Source: Vicinamibacterales bacterium (lineage in GTDB: Bacteria > Acidobacteriota > Vicinamibacteria > Vicinamibacterales > 2-12-FULL-66-21). Taken from it: a stretch of DNA of 64,000 nt. The translations under genes were made by a program, and so were the position numbers. A model generated the notes under the pieces. It saw nothing but the letters and a program-made list of their open reading frames with translations, searched no databases and was not told the origin of the DNA. Location of the stretch: positions 2,071 to 66,070 of the forward strand of contig DATJKH010000140.1 in the NCBI GenBank assembly GCA_035491715.1, written 5' to 3'. Positions 46,616-56,300 of the stretch are shown here, piece after piece (the first letter of the stretch is position 1; the number at the start of each line of letters is the position of its first letter).

Positions 46616-46643
46616 CGGGATCCGGTCCGCAAAACGGATCCCG
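46616..46643 (+). terminator. 9-bp hairpin CGGGATCCG-10nt-CGGATCCCG just after the speB stop
   Basis: Read directly. No strong T-tract. Confidence 0.4.
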
Positions 46644-46684
46644 CAAGTATCCGCTCCCCCTGTATACCTGCTATACTCCCCGCC

Positions 46685-49573
46685 GTGTCAGCGGCTGATC
46701 TTTATGGACAAGCCGTGCGGGCCCTGGAACGCGGAATGGGGGCCGAGGCGGCGTCCTTGCTGGTCCGCGGCTTTCGTCAACCGGGGCTTCACCGGGACGA
46801 ACAGGTTCAAATCCGGTGCGCTCTGGCGGAAGCCTGGCTGCTTCAAGACGACGTGCGCCGCGCGGCCGAAGCCTTGGGGGCTCCTCCAGAAGGACGGGAG
46901 CGGCTCGATCCGGCCCGCCTCTCCGATCTTTGGCGGATTCACGGCCGCCTCGCCGTGGCTCGCGGCGAACCGTCGCGCGGGATCGCTCTCCTCACCAAGG
47001 CACTGAGCCAGGCCGAACGCGCGCACGATTCGCGCGCAATCGGACTCGCCCACTACGAGCTCGGTCTCTGCTATCGCCAGGTGGGCGAGATGGCGATTGT
47101 GCGCGAGCACATCACGAAGGCTGCCTCCGCCCTGCACGCCGCCGGCGACCGGCGCCATCTCGCCATGGTCCACTCGCTATCGGGCGTCACACGCGCCCAG
47201 GAAGGGCGGCTCGACGAAGCAGTGGCCGCGCTGCGGCAGGCGGAACGGCTCGCCGTCATCGTCGAGGCCTTTGACGTGCTGGCGACCGTTTGCGGCAACC
47301 AGGCGAATGTCGCCCTGATGCAGCACCGGCATGAGCAGGCGCTCGCGCTTGCCGAGCGAAGCGTCGATCTGCAGCAGCAATCCGGCACGCCGCATGGTCT
47401 CGGCGTCGCGCTGGCGTCGCTCGGCCAGATTTGCGTTCGCGTCGGCAACCTGAAGCGCGCAGAAGACGCGCTGAATCGCGCGCTCGACGTCCGAAGTCCG
47501 CTTCATTTCATGCGCGAGACGACCGGCGCGGTGTTCGACACGCTGGCGCAAATTCATCTCATTCGCGGACAACACGACGAAGCGGGCCGCTGTCTTGAAA
47601 AGGCGCGCGAAGCGTATGGGCCGACGCTTGCGAGCCGCTGGTATCAGTGGTCGGTCCGTGCCCTGGAGGCACGTGTTGCGCTCCGCCGCGGCGATGCATC
47701 GAGTGCGCTTGCGATTTCGGGCGAGGTGGCCGGCTCGACCGACGCACCTCCGCTGTATGCGTTGCAGGCGGAGTTGATTGCGATCGAATCGCTCCTCGCG
47801 CTGGGGCGCATCGATGTGGCGGAGCAACGTCTCGAGTCAGTATCTGGTCGCGTCGAACCTGGCAGCATGAGCGGCACCTGGGGAGAATTTCTGCGAATGC
47901 GCGGCCGTCTCCACGCCGCCGCGGGACGTGCCACCGAGGCGTATCACGACTTCGGACAAAGTGTGAGCGTCTTCGATTTGCTGGGCGAAGGGTACCAGTC
48001 GGGTCTCAGTTATCTTGAACTCGGACGTCTGGCGGCGAAGGCGGGCGCGCGCTCGCGCGCGACGCGTTACCTCACCGATGCGGCGCGAGTGTTCGAGGGA
48101 CTCGGCGCCGAACCTGATCTGGCCGACGCCCGTGCGGCTTTGAATCAAGTGCCCGCAGTCACGACCGGAGGCTACGTCGGCGTGCAGGTGGACGGCGACG
48201 ACGCGCTGGTGAGACGCATCGTCGGGGCTGCGGCGATCCCGGCCCTACTCGCGCGTGATGGCGCGACCGCGCTTCTGGAAGCGTGCGACGCACAGGCGGT
48301 CGTGCTGTTCGTTCGATCGCCCACCGGACAGATTCACCTGCTCGGCGCCGCTGGATGCGACGGCGAAAGCGCCCGCGCGCTTGCGACAGCGTCGCAGCGG
48401 CCGTCGGCCGGGCTGCCGCAGAGTCTGGTCGAGCCGATCGGCCGCGCGCCAACCGGACAACGGTTTGTGGTGCTCTCGACGTCGCGCAGCCTGGCCGGAC
48501 CTACCCTTCAACGTTTTCGCACGCTGTGCGCGGTGCTGCGCCAGGGGTTCGATCTCTGTGAAGCGCGTGATCGGCAGCCAGAGGCCGCCGGCGGCGCGAT
48601 CGAACGGCCGCTCGAACCGCTGCTTCCCGGATTCGTCTCCACCAGCGCGGTGATGCAGCGCGTGGTCGAGCAGATCCAACGGATGCAGGGGAATGACCTG
48701 ACTGTTTTAATCACCGGCGAGAGCGGCACCGGCAAGGATCTCGTGGCGCGCGCCATCCACGCCGGATCTCCGCGTCGCGGAAACATGTTCCTTCCGTATA
48801 ACTGCACCAGCGCGACGCGCGAACTCGCGGATAGTCAGCTCTTCGGCCATCGCCGCGGGAGCTTTACCGGGGCAATCGCCGATCAGGCGGGTGTGCTTCG
48901 GACGGCGGTCGGAGGCACGCTGTTTCTGGACGAGATCGGCGACCTGCCACTCGACGTTCAACCCAAGCTCCTTCGGTTCCTCGAACAGGGAGAGGTCCTG
49001 CCGGTGGGTGATACCAGACCGCAGCGTGTCGACGTTCGAGTCGTCGCTGCCACCAACGCGGACCTCGAGAGCCGTGTCAGCGAGGGAAAGTTCCGCGAGG
49101 ATCTCTTCTACCGGTTGAGCGTCATTCGTATCCACGTTCCGCCCCTGCGTGACCGGCGCGAGGAGATTCCTCACCTGAGCACGTTTTTTCTTCGCGAAGC
49201 GTGCGAACGGCTGGCAAAACCGGGCGTGCGTCTCACGGCGGAGACGCTCGACATCTTCGACACGTTCCCATGGCCGGGTAACGTGCGCCAGTTGAGAAAC
49301 GAAGTGCAGCGGGCGGTGGCCATGGCCACACCCGGCGGAGCTATTACGCCCGATTTGCTTTCGCCGGTTTTTGGTGTCCAGACGGCAGTTGCCGCAGAAG
49401 GCGCCCGATCGCGCCGCCAGACGACTCTGGCCGCCGCAGTAGAAAAAATCGAGCGCGAGATGATTCAAACCGCGCTCGAACGTTCGTCCGGCAACATCTC
49501 GGAAACCGCACGATCGCTCGGCCTCACCCGTCGCGGGCTTTATCTCAAGATGGATCGCCTTGGCGTTTCGTAA
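46685..49573 (+). CDS. Sigma-54-dependent transcriptional activator with large TPR + GAF-like N-terminal region (no receiver domain)
   Basis: 962 aa. AAA+ core GESGTGKDLVARAIH, GSFTGA loop (GAFTGA variant), FLDEIGDL, R-finger region, C-terminal Fis-type HTH (SETARSLGLTRRGLYLKMDRLG). The first ~480 aa are TPR-like. Confidence 0.88.
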   Translation: MSAADLYGQAVRALERGMGAEAASLLVRGFRQPGLHRDEQVQIRCALAEAWLLQDDVRRAAEALGAPPEGRERLDPARLSDLWRIHGRLAVARGEPSRGIALLTKALSQAERAHDSRAIGLAHYELGLCYRQVGEMAIVREHITKAASALHAAGDRRHLAMVHSLSGVTRAQEGRLDEAVAALRQAERLAVIVEAFDVLATVCGNQANVALMQHRHEQALALAERSVDLQQQSGTPHGLGVALASLGQICVRVGNLKRAEDALNRALDVRSPLHFMRETTGAVFDTLAQIHLIRGQHDEAGRCLEKAREAYGPTLASRWYQWSVRALEARVALRRGDASSALAISGEVAGSTDAPPLYALQAELIAIESLLALGRIDVAEQRLESVSGRVEPGSMSGTWGEFLRMRGRLHAAAGRATEAYHDFGQSVSVFDLLGEGYQSGLSYLELGRLAAKAGARSRATRYLTDAARVFEGLGAEPDLADARAALNQVPAVTTGGYVGVQVDGDDALVRRIVGAAAIPALLARDGATALLEACDAQAVVLFVRSPTGQIHLLGAAGCDGESARALATASQRPSAGLPQSLVEPIGRAPTGQRFVVLSTSRSLAGPTLQRFRTLCAVLRQGFDLCEARDRQPEAAGGAIERPLEPLLPGFVSTSAVMQRVVEQIQRMQGNDLTVLITGESGTGKDLVARAIHAGSPRRGNMFLPYNCTSATRELADSQLFGHRRGSFTGAIADQAGVLRTAVGGTLFLDEIGDLPLDVQPKLLRFLEQGEVLPVGDTRPQRVDVRVVAATNADLESRVSEGKFREDLFYRLSVIRIHVPPLRDRREEIPHLSTFFLREACERLAKPGVRLTAETLDIFDTFPWPGNVRQLRNEVQRAVAMATPGGAITPDLLSPVFGVQTAVAAEGARSRRQTTLAAAVEKIEREMIQTALERSSGNISETARSLGLTRRGLYLKMDRLGVS

Positions 49574-49753
49574 TACTCGTCCTGCCAGCAGCTCGCAGGC
49601 GATGAGCGAGGAGCAAGCAGCTGGCAACTGAGTATCCAATCTCAGACCGAATTGGATAGCGAGTATTCATCTGCCAGTATGGTATAAGTCCACAGGCGCG
49701 TGACCTAACACTGAATTAATCAATTAGTTAACGACGGTAGTGGCAGTAACTGC

Positions 49754-49766
49754 GTACTGACAGTAC
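49754..49766. promoter_or_regulatory. Perfect palindrome GTACTG-A-CAGTAC ~60 nt upstream of the PilZ gene, next to a TGATATAGC extended -10-like motif (49781-49789)
   Basis: Read directly. Function inferred only. Confidence 0.3.
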
Positions 49767-49825
49767 TCAGGCCTGCAACTTGATATAGCTTCCAGCATCA
49801 ACTGCGAGTCTGAGGAGTCACGTCA

Positions 49826-50251
49826 ATGGAACAGCGTCTTCGCCTGGTCGGCGCCAGCCGGTACGAGAAGCGAATCGAGGACCGTCACCCGATCGCGGTC
49901 CCTGGTCAGATTCTTTGGAAGGACGCCAAGGGCAACACGCGGATGGCCAACGTCGTGACGCGAGACGTCAGCGTCCACGGTGTCAGTGTCGATTGTCAGG
50001 GCGGGACTCCCATCCCGCTTTATCGGCTGGTCTATTTCCAGGTGGATCGCACGTCGCGCGACCGGGCTGATTTACCGGCTCCCCTTCGCAAATCGACCGT
50101 GCTCTCGGCGATCTTCCGCGTCGATCCGGTCAACAAGGACACCGGCTCACCGACGGGATACGCGCTCCGCCTGCTGGTTGAGCCCGAGCGTCGCGCGGCG
50201 ACGCCAGCGTCCGACTGGCAGGCAAGCGAGAGTGCGACGAGAACTGCATGA
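49826..50251 (+). CDS. PilZ domain protein
   Basis: 141 aa. RYEKR (RxxxR) and DVSVHG (DxSxxG) motifs at the canonical spacing. GGAG 8 nt upstream of the ATG. Confidence 0.7.
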   Translation: MEQRLRLVGASRYEKRIEDRHPIAVPGQILWKDAKGNTRMANVVTRDVSVHGVSVDCQGGTPIPLYRLVYFQVDRTSRDRADLPAPLRKSTVLSAIFRVDPVNKDTGSPTGYALRLLVEPERRAATPASDWQASESATRTA

Positions 50252-50643
50252 GCACTGCTGCCACGCCACGTGCCTCTGGTGGGGGAACAACCGTGAAGCA
50301 TCGCACGGACATCACCCTCTTAATGCAGGTCGATCGGTGGGATCCGCGGGTCGACGGCCCCCTCACCGAAGCAGCGCTCCAGCAGAAGCTCAAAAACCAC
50401 GGATACGATCCGTTGCCGCGCTCAAATCCCACCGGCGCCATCGTCTCGGCGCGAGTCCATCATCGCCATCGGGCAGAGGCAGTCCTTTCCGGGCTGCTCA
50501 GAGTGACGATCGACGATGAGTCGGTGATTCTGACGGATGGCGATATCGTGTTCGTTCCAGCCGGTGCGGCTCGGCGGATCGAGCCAGTCGGGAGTGCGCC
50601 GGTGCTGTGCATCGAAGCGGTTGACCGATCAACCCGCGCCTGA
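50248..50643 (+). CDS. Cupin domain protein
   Basis: 131 aa. H-rich cupin-like core (ARVHHRHRAE...GDIVFVPAGAARR). ATGA overlap with the PilZ gene. Confidence 0.6.
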   Translation: MSTAATPRASGGGTTVKHRTDITLLMQVDRWDPRVDGPLTEAALQQKLKNHGYDPLPRSNPTGAIVSARVHHRHRAEAVLSGLLRVTIDDESVILTDGDIVFVPAGAARRIEPVGSAPVLCIEAVDRSTRA

Positions 50644-50658
50644 GAGACGAATCGCCCC

Positions 50659-51399
50659 TTACCCTTTCTTCGCCTCTTCCATCTCGCGCCGCGCGTCGGC
50701 GGCATACGCTGATGTCGGGAACTCTTCGACGACACGTGTAAACGCGTGCGCCGCCTCGGTCTTTTTCCCCGCTTTCATGTAGGCGCGCCCGAGCTGCATC
50801 AACACGCCGTCGAGCGGCAGCTGTGAGTTCGAATCTGTCGCCGCTTCCTGGTAGATCTTGATCGCGTTGTCGTATTTGCCCTGCAGCACCTGTACGTCGG
50901 CCAGTCCGAGCTTCGCGGTGCGACCGTAGACACGGTTGCCGGCCTTGTCGACCACTTCCTTATAGCGTTGCTCCGCTTCGGTGTAGCGTCCAAGCGCCGC
51001 GAGAACGCCGGCCGCGTGATACCGCGCTGTAATCCCCGCGTCTGTACTCGGATACGCATCCGCTGCTTTAATCAACTCCGGCAACGCCGCTTCAAGCTTG
51101 GCTTGCTCGGTTGGATACGTGCCGGCTTGCTGCACTGGAATGGGACTGCCTGGCGCCGGCGCCGACGGCGCGATGACCTGGGCTTCTTCAACCGCGAGGG
51201 CAGAGGCAAGCAGTCCGTTCGCTTTCGCATTGCGCGTCTGGCGCCACAGGGCGAAGCCGCCTGCCAGAAGCAACGCGACGACGATCACTGTCGCGTAGGT
51301 GGTGACTTCGCGGCCTCGCGTCTGCATCAAGTCGCTCGCATGAGCGACGGTTCGCGCGAACTCGTTTTCCTTGAGCTTGTGCCGTTCTTTGCTTTTCAT
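50659..51399 (-). CDS. Membrane-anchored TPR protein (YfgM-like architecture)
   Basis: 246 aa. Basic N-terminus, one TM (YATVIVVALLLAGGFALW), C-terminal TPR repeats. Confidence 0.6.
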   Translation of the reverse strand: MKSKERHKLKENEFARTVAHASDLMQTRGREVTTYATVIVVALLLAGGFALWRQTRNAKANGLLASALAVEEAQVIAPSAPAPGSPIPVQQAGTYPTEQAKLEAALPELIKAADAYPSTDAGITARYHAAGVLAALGRYTEAEQRYKEVVDKAGNRVYGRTAKLGLADVQVLQGKYDNAIKIYQEAATDSNSQLPLDGVLMQLGRAYMKAGKKTEAAHAFTRVVEEFPTSAYAADARREMEEAKKG

Positions 51400-51413
51400 G
51401 ATGTTGTTCGAAA

Positions 51414-51487
51414 TGCGCCCGGCAGGTCTCGAACCTGCGACCCCCGGTTTAGGAAACCGATGCTCTATCCTGCTGAGCTACGGGCGC
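51414..51487 (-). tRNA. tRNA-Arg (anticodon CCT), CCA not encoded
   Basis: Reverse complement GCGCCCG TA GCTC AGCAGGATA GAGC A TCGGT TTCCTAA ACCGG GGGTC GCAGG TTCGAGA CCTGC CGGGCGC A folds as a 74-nt cloverleaf with GTTCGAGA in the T-arm. Confidence 0.9.
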
Positions 51488-51524
51488 GGCAAACGAGCAT
51501 TTTACCGCATAACTGCTTTAGCGC

Positions 51525-52040
51525 TCAGTACTTGAGCACCACATGAATCGTTTCCCCCGGTAGCTTCGACCGTCCGTTGAGGGCGACGAGTTCGATAAGA
51601 AACGCAACTCCTTCGACCACGCCACCGATCTGCTTGACGAGATCCACTGTCGCTTTCGCGGTCCCGCCAGTGGCGAGCAGATCGTCGACGATGAGGACGC
51701 GCTGACCGCGCTCGATCGCGTCGCTGTGCATCTCCAGGCTGTCGGTGCCGTATTCGAGGTCGTAACTCGCCCGGATGCGGTCCGACGGCAGCTTTCCGAC
51801 TTTACGCACCGGCACGAACCCCGCCCCAATTCGGTCGGCGACCGCAGAGCCGAGAATGAATCCGCGACTCTCGATCCCGACGACCAGACTGATCGCTTTG
51901 TCCTGAAACGGCGTCGCGACGCTATCGATGGCGAGCCGGAACCCTGCCGGATCCCGCAGCAGCGTCGTGATGTCGTAGAAGAGAATTCCCGCCTTTGGAA
52001 AATCCGGGACGTGGCGAATCTTTGATTTCAGAGCTTCCAT
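51525..52040 (-). CDS. apt: Adenine phosphoribosyltransferase
   Basis: ORF 51525..52121 trimmed to ATG 52040 (MEALKSKIRHVPDFPKAGILFYDIT). PRPP motif VLIVDDLLATGGTA. The 27 extra codons are translated heptad repeat (GNWKLGTGNWKL). Confidence 0.92.
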   Translation of the reverse strand: MEALKSKIRHVPDFPKAGILFYDITTLLRDPAGFRLAIDSVATPFQDKAISLVVGIESRGFILGSAVADRIGAGFVPVRKVGKLPSDRIRASYDLEYGTDSLEMHSDAIERGQRVLIVDDLLATGGTAKATVDLVKQIGGVVEGVAFLIELVALNGRSKLPGETIHVVLKY

Positions 52041-52042
52041 AA

Positions 52043-52126
52043 GTTTCCAGTTTCCAGTTCCCAGTTTCCAGTTCCCAGCAGTACATCTCTGCACTGGCAA
52101 CTGGAGACTGGAAACTGGCAACTGAC
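52043..52126 (-). repeat. Heptad-periodic palindromic element (GTTNCCA units) between acyP and apt
   Basis: GTTTCCA GTTTCCA GTTCCCA GTTTCCA GTTCCCA g, 13-nt loop, then CACTGGCAACTGGAGACTGGAAACTGGCAACTGAC. About 28 of 31 positions are complementary in the best register. Confidence 0.9.
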
Positions 52127-52142
52127 ACGCAACTTCAAGCCA

Positions 52143-52415
52143 TCATCGTGTCGAGAATCCGGTTGCGCGGTGTGTCGGTTGTGTGTCCTCGACGTCGAAC
52201 GATTCCACGTCCGCGTGCGAGGGGCCCCGGCGGAGCGCGAGCTCCATTCGATCGACCGCGTCGTTATCGCCTTCCATCAGCACTTCGACGCGGCCATCAG
52301 GAAGATTGCGCGCATACCCGTGGATGCCTTCCGCGGCAGCGCGCGCCGCGGCAAACATCCGGAAGCCGACGCCCTGCACGCGGCCGCCGATAAGAACCCG
52401 CCGCGCCACGATCAT
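52143..52415 (-). CDS. acyP: Acylphosphatase
   Basis: ORF 52143..52601 trimmed (ATG 52415, alternative 52439). VLIGGRVQGVGFR and YARNLPDGRVEV signatures. Confidence 0.85.
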   Translation of the reverse strand: MIVARRVLIGGRVQGVGFRMFAAARAAAEGIHGYARNLPDGRVEVLMEGDNDAVDRMELALRRGPSHADVESFDVEDTQPTHRATGFSTR

Positions 52416-52454
52416 GAAACGCTCATTATAGCGGCTCATGGTACAGTTCGTCGC

Positions 52455-53300
52455 ATGCCTCGCATCGGGTCGACCAGCCACGGTGAGTCCCGCCTCAGAA
52501 TGCTTCGCGTCACACGCCGTGGAGACCGACACGATCCGAAAGAACTCTCGGTGTCGTGTCGGTTCGAGGGAGCGTTTGCCGCAGCGTTTCGTCAGGGCCA
52601 AGCCGACGGCTTACCCCCCGGCGAGGCGCTCAAGAATCTCGTCCACCGCGCGGCGCGCGAACATGGATCCTGCGAGATTGAAGAGTTTGGTCTGGCGATC
52701 TGCGATCGCATCCTCAAGGACTATCGCGCGATCACGCGCGCACGGGTGGAAATCAGCGAGCGCGCATGGATGCGGCTCGACGCCGGCGGTCGCCCGCAAG
52801 GGCAGGCGTTTCTTGCCGGTTCCCCCGAAGTCAAAACCACAGCCGTGACGAGTAACGGAAAACAGATCGCGGTCGTCTCGGGCGTCGATGCCTTGAACGT
52901 GATGCGGACATCAGGGTTCGTTCCGCGCGAGGGTGCCGCAGTCGACGACGGTCGACACGACGGACTGCAGCGGCTCCTGGTCGGCGAGTTGTGCGGCCGG
53001 TGGACGTACAGCAGTCCGGACGTGACGTTCCGCCCGTATCGACAGGGAGTCCGTGCGGCGATCGTCGAGACGTTTGCCTGGCATTCCGGTCGATCCGTCC
53101 ATCACACTCTCTACGCCATCGCCGATGTCGTGCTCGCGACGTATCAGGAAATCGCCGATGTCACGCTGACGTTCCACGAGCGCCCGTACCGCCCCGCCGA
53201 TCTTTTCAGCACCGGCATGGAGAATCCCGACGACCTGTTCGTCTCGGTGGAAGAACCGCTCGGCGTGGTCGAGGTCACGGTTGAACGAGAGATCTCGTAG
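52455..53300 (+). CDS. Urate oxidase (uricase) family T-fold protein
   Basis: ORF 52170..53300 trimmed to ATG 52455. HGESRLRMLRV resembles the YGK..VR..RV start. LNVMRTSGF.., SVHHTLYAI and HERPYR blocks parallel uricase motifs. Divergent, so the call is moderate. Confidence 0.55.
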   Translation: MPRIGSTSHGESRLRMLRVTRRGDRHDPKELSVSCRFEGAFAAAFRQGQADGLPPGEALKNLVHRAAREHGSCEIEEFGLAICDRILKDYRAITRARVEISERAWMRLDAGGRPQGQAFLAGSPEVKTTAVTSNGKQIAVVSGVDALNVMRTSGFVPREGAAVDDGRHDGLQRLLVGELCGRWTYSSPDVTFRPYRQGVRAAIVETFAWHSGRSVHHTLYAIADVVLATYQEIADVTLTFHERPYRPADLFSTGMENPDDLFVSVEEPLGVVEVTVEREIS

Positions 53301-53303
53301 CGT

Positions 53304-56300
53304 CTATTTCCCATCCGCCTCTGGCGGCAACGTATCCTTCACCGGTTCGAGCTTCTTCCGCTGCAGCAGCTTGTTCAAATTCGCGAGATCGATGCTGAAC
53401 AGGGAATCGAGCTGCCCGAACTGTTTGTCGAGCCGCGCCGAGAGCTCCTTGAATACGGCATACGACTGGTCGGTGGGCTTGACATCACCGATTTCGACGA
53501 GCCCCTGAAGGGCCGCGAGCTTGTTGTTCAAACGAATCGGGTAGTTCAGCGGATCCTGACTGCTACGGTTGCGGTATTGATAGATCTCCCCTTCAACCGA
53601 CGTGAGCTTCTCGACGAGGGATTCCGCCGCCGTCTTGATCGCCGCATCATTTGCTTTCGCGACACGGGCGTTGATCTGATCCTTCACGCTGCGGATGCGA
53701 AGCACGGCTTCGTTCGCCGCGTTGACGCGCTCGTTGATTTGCTTGGCCAGCTTGAACTGCTCGACCAGATCGGCATCCGTGACTGCCTTGACCGCTTCGT
53801 TGCGCGTGATGGTGAACTCCTCGGTCTTCGTCACGCCATTCGCGGTGAGCCGAACCGAGTATTTCGCCGGAGGCGCAAGCGGCCCGCGCGTGCTTCCCGC
53901 CCACATGATCAGCCCGGGAAAATCGCGCGCCCCCGCGTAGCGCATGTCCCAGGTGAACCGATTCATTCCCTGCTTGCCGGGAGCGCGTGGAGTCGGCGGC
54001 CGCGCGCTGTCGTCGCCGCCGTCTCCTTGCGGCGTTGACTCCGGCTTTTCTGGCGCCGGTCCGGTGAACCTGCGGATCACCGAACCGCCGGAGTCGAGGA
54101 TCTCGAGGGTGACTGCGTTCGCTGCAGTTTTCAGGAAGTAATCGATCGATACCCCGCGCGAGACCGAGCGGATCGCGCCGGCTGGTCGGAACAGAACGGC
54201 TGGCGCGTTGCTCGTTGTGGACGTTACCTGCCGTAGCACCGAGATGTCGTTCATGACATAGAAGGACCGGCCGTGCGTCGCGATGACCACGTCGTCACCT
54301 TTGACCTCGATGCCATGTACCGGTGTGACCGGTAATTCGAGCCGCAGCGACTGCCAGCCGCCGCCATCATCGAACGAAACGTAGATGCCGTTTTCGGTGC
54401 CGACAAAGAGAAGCCCTTTACGCCTCTTGTCCTCGCGAATCGTTCGCGCGAAGTCTGTGAACGGGAGGCCGCGCACGATCCGCGTCCATGTCTTCCCGTA
54501 ATCGCTCGTTTTGTAGACGTACGGCGACCGATCGGCTCGCTGGTACCGGTTGCCAGCGAAGTACGCGGTGCCCGCGTCGTGCGGCGATGCCTCGATGAAA
54601 CTGATCCGCGTGAAATCGGGCAGATCGGGCGGAGTGACTTTCTCCCATGTCTGTCCGCCGTCCCGCGTCACATGCACGTAACCATCATCCGACCCGGCCC
54701 ACAAGACGCGGCCGTCGACCGGACTCGGGGCGAGGGCGAAGACGACTCCATAGGTCTCGACGCCGGTTTGATCCAACGTGATCGGCCCGCCTGACGGTCC
54801 CATCGTTGCTGGATCGTGGCGCGTGAGATCGGGACTGATGCGCTCCCACGTTTGTCCTTCGTTCCTCGATCTCCAGACGTGCTGAGACGTCGAGTACAGC
54901 GTCCGCGCGTCGGTCGGTGAGAAGACGATCGGGTATGTCCACTGAAATCGTTCGGACATGTCAGACGACGAGAAGCCCATTGGGTTGTCGGGCCAGACAT
55001 TGATCGCGCGTTGCTCGCCGGTGCGCCGATTGATTCGCGTCAACAGGCCACCGTAACTGCCGGCGTAAAACACGTCAGTGTCGCGCGGATCCGGCGCGAT
55101 GTATCCGCTCTCCCCGCCGCCCGCGTCATACAGATTTTCATCGCCGGTACTGGAAACGCACGCCGTGCTGTTGTCCTGTTGCGCGCCACAGACGTGATAG
55201 GGCACGTGCGACGTCGTGATCACGTTGTAGAACTGCGCCGTCGGAAAGTCCTGATCCGTCCAGCTCTCTCCTCCGTTGATCGAGACATTGGCGCCGCCGT
55301 CGTTGCTGTTGATCAGGCGCTTCGGATCGTTCGGCGCAATCCACAGATCGTGGTTGTCGCCATGAGGCACTCGAATGGCGCGGATGGTTTTTCCCGCATC
55401 GGTCGAGCGGTACATTCCAGTATTCAGAATGTAGACGGTGTCTTTTGCCTGAGGATCGGCGTAGATGCGCGTGTAATAGAACGCACGCTGTCGCAGCCGG
55501 CGGTCGTCGTTGATGATTTTCCAGTTCTGTCCCGCATCGTCGGACATGAAAACGCCGCCGTCGGCGGCTTCGATGATGGCGTAGATCCGGTTGGCGTCGG
55601 CACCCGAAACGGCAACACCGATTTTTCCCCACACGGGTTTTGGCAGACCGGTGTTACGGCTGATCTCCGTCCACGTCGTTCCCCCATCGGTTGTCTTGAA
55701 CAAACCGCTGCCTGGTCCGCCGCTGGACAGCGAATGCGGCGTGCGAAAGACTTCCCAGAGACCGGCATAAAGAATCTCTGGCTGCCCGACGTCCATCGCC
55801 AGGTCGACCGCACCGGTCTTTTCATCGCGAAACAGTGACTTCGTCCACGTCTTTCCCCCATCGGTCGATTTGAAGACGCCACGGTCAGGCGTGGCACCAT
55901 AGGGATCGCCGAGCGCCGCAACGTAGACGATATCGGGATTCGTTGGATGGATCCGAATGCGTGCGATGGCCAGTGTCTTCTCGAGGCCAACGTGTGTGAA
56001 GGTTTTGCCGCCGTCGGTTGATTTGTAGACACCATCTCCTTGAATGATGTTGCCGCGCAGCTCCGTTTCGCCCATCCCGACGTAGACGACGTCGGGATTT
56101 GATTGCGAGACCGCGACTGCGCCCACCGACGACGACTTGAAGAACTTGTCCGAAACGGCCCGCCACGTGACGCCCCCGTCAGCCGTCTTCCAAAGTCCAC
56201 CGCCCGTGGCGCCGAAATAGTATTCAAGAGGACGACTGCTGCTGCCGGCAACTGCCTGCGAACGCCCGCCGCGGGCCGGGCCAAGTGATCGCCAGCTCAG

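Noticed and set aside
49738-49755. Sigma-54 promoter TGGCAG-N5-GCGT upstream of the PilZ gene (and TGGCAA at 49622)
   Set aside because: The spacing is GG-N8-GC rather than GG-N10-GC for the first candidate. The second has no GC at -12.
51400-51524. Integrated element or integrase at the tRNA-Arg gene
   Set aside because: The flanks are ordinary housekeeping genes. No integrase, direct repeat of the tRNA 3' end, or compositional shift was seen.
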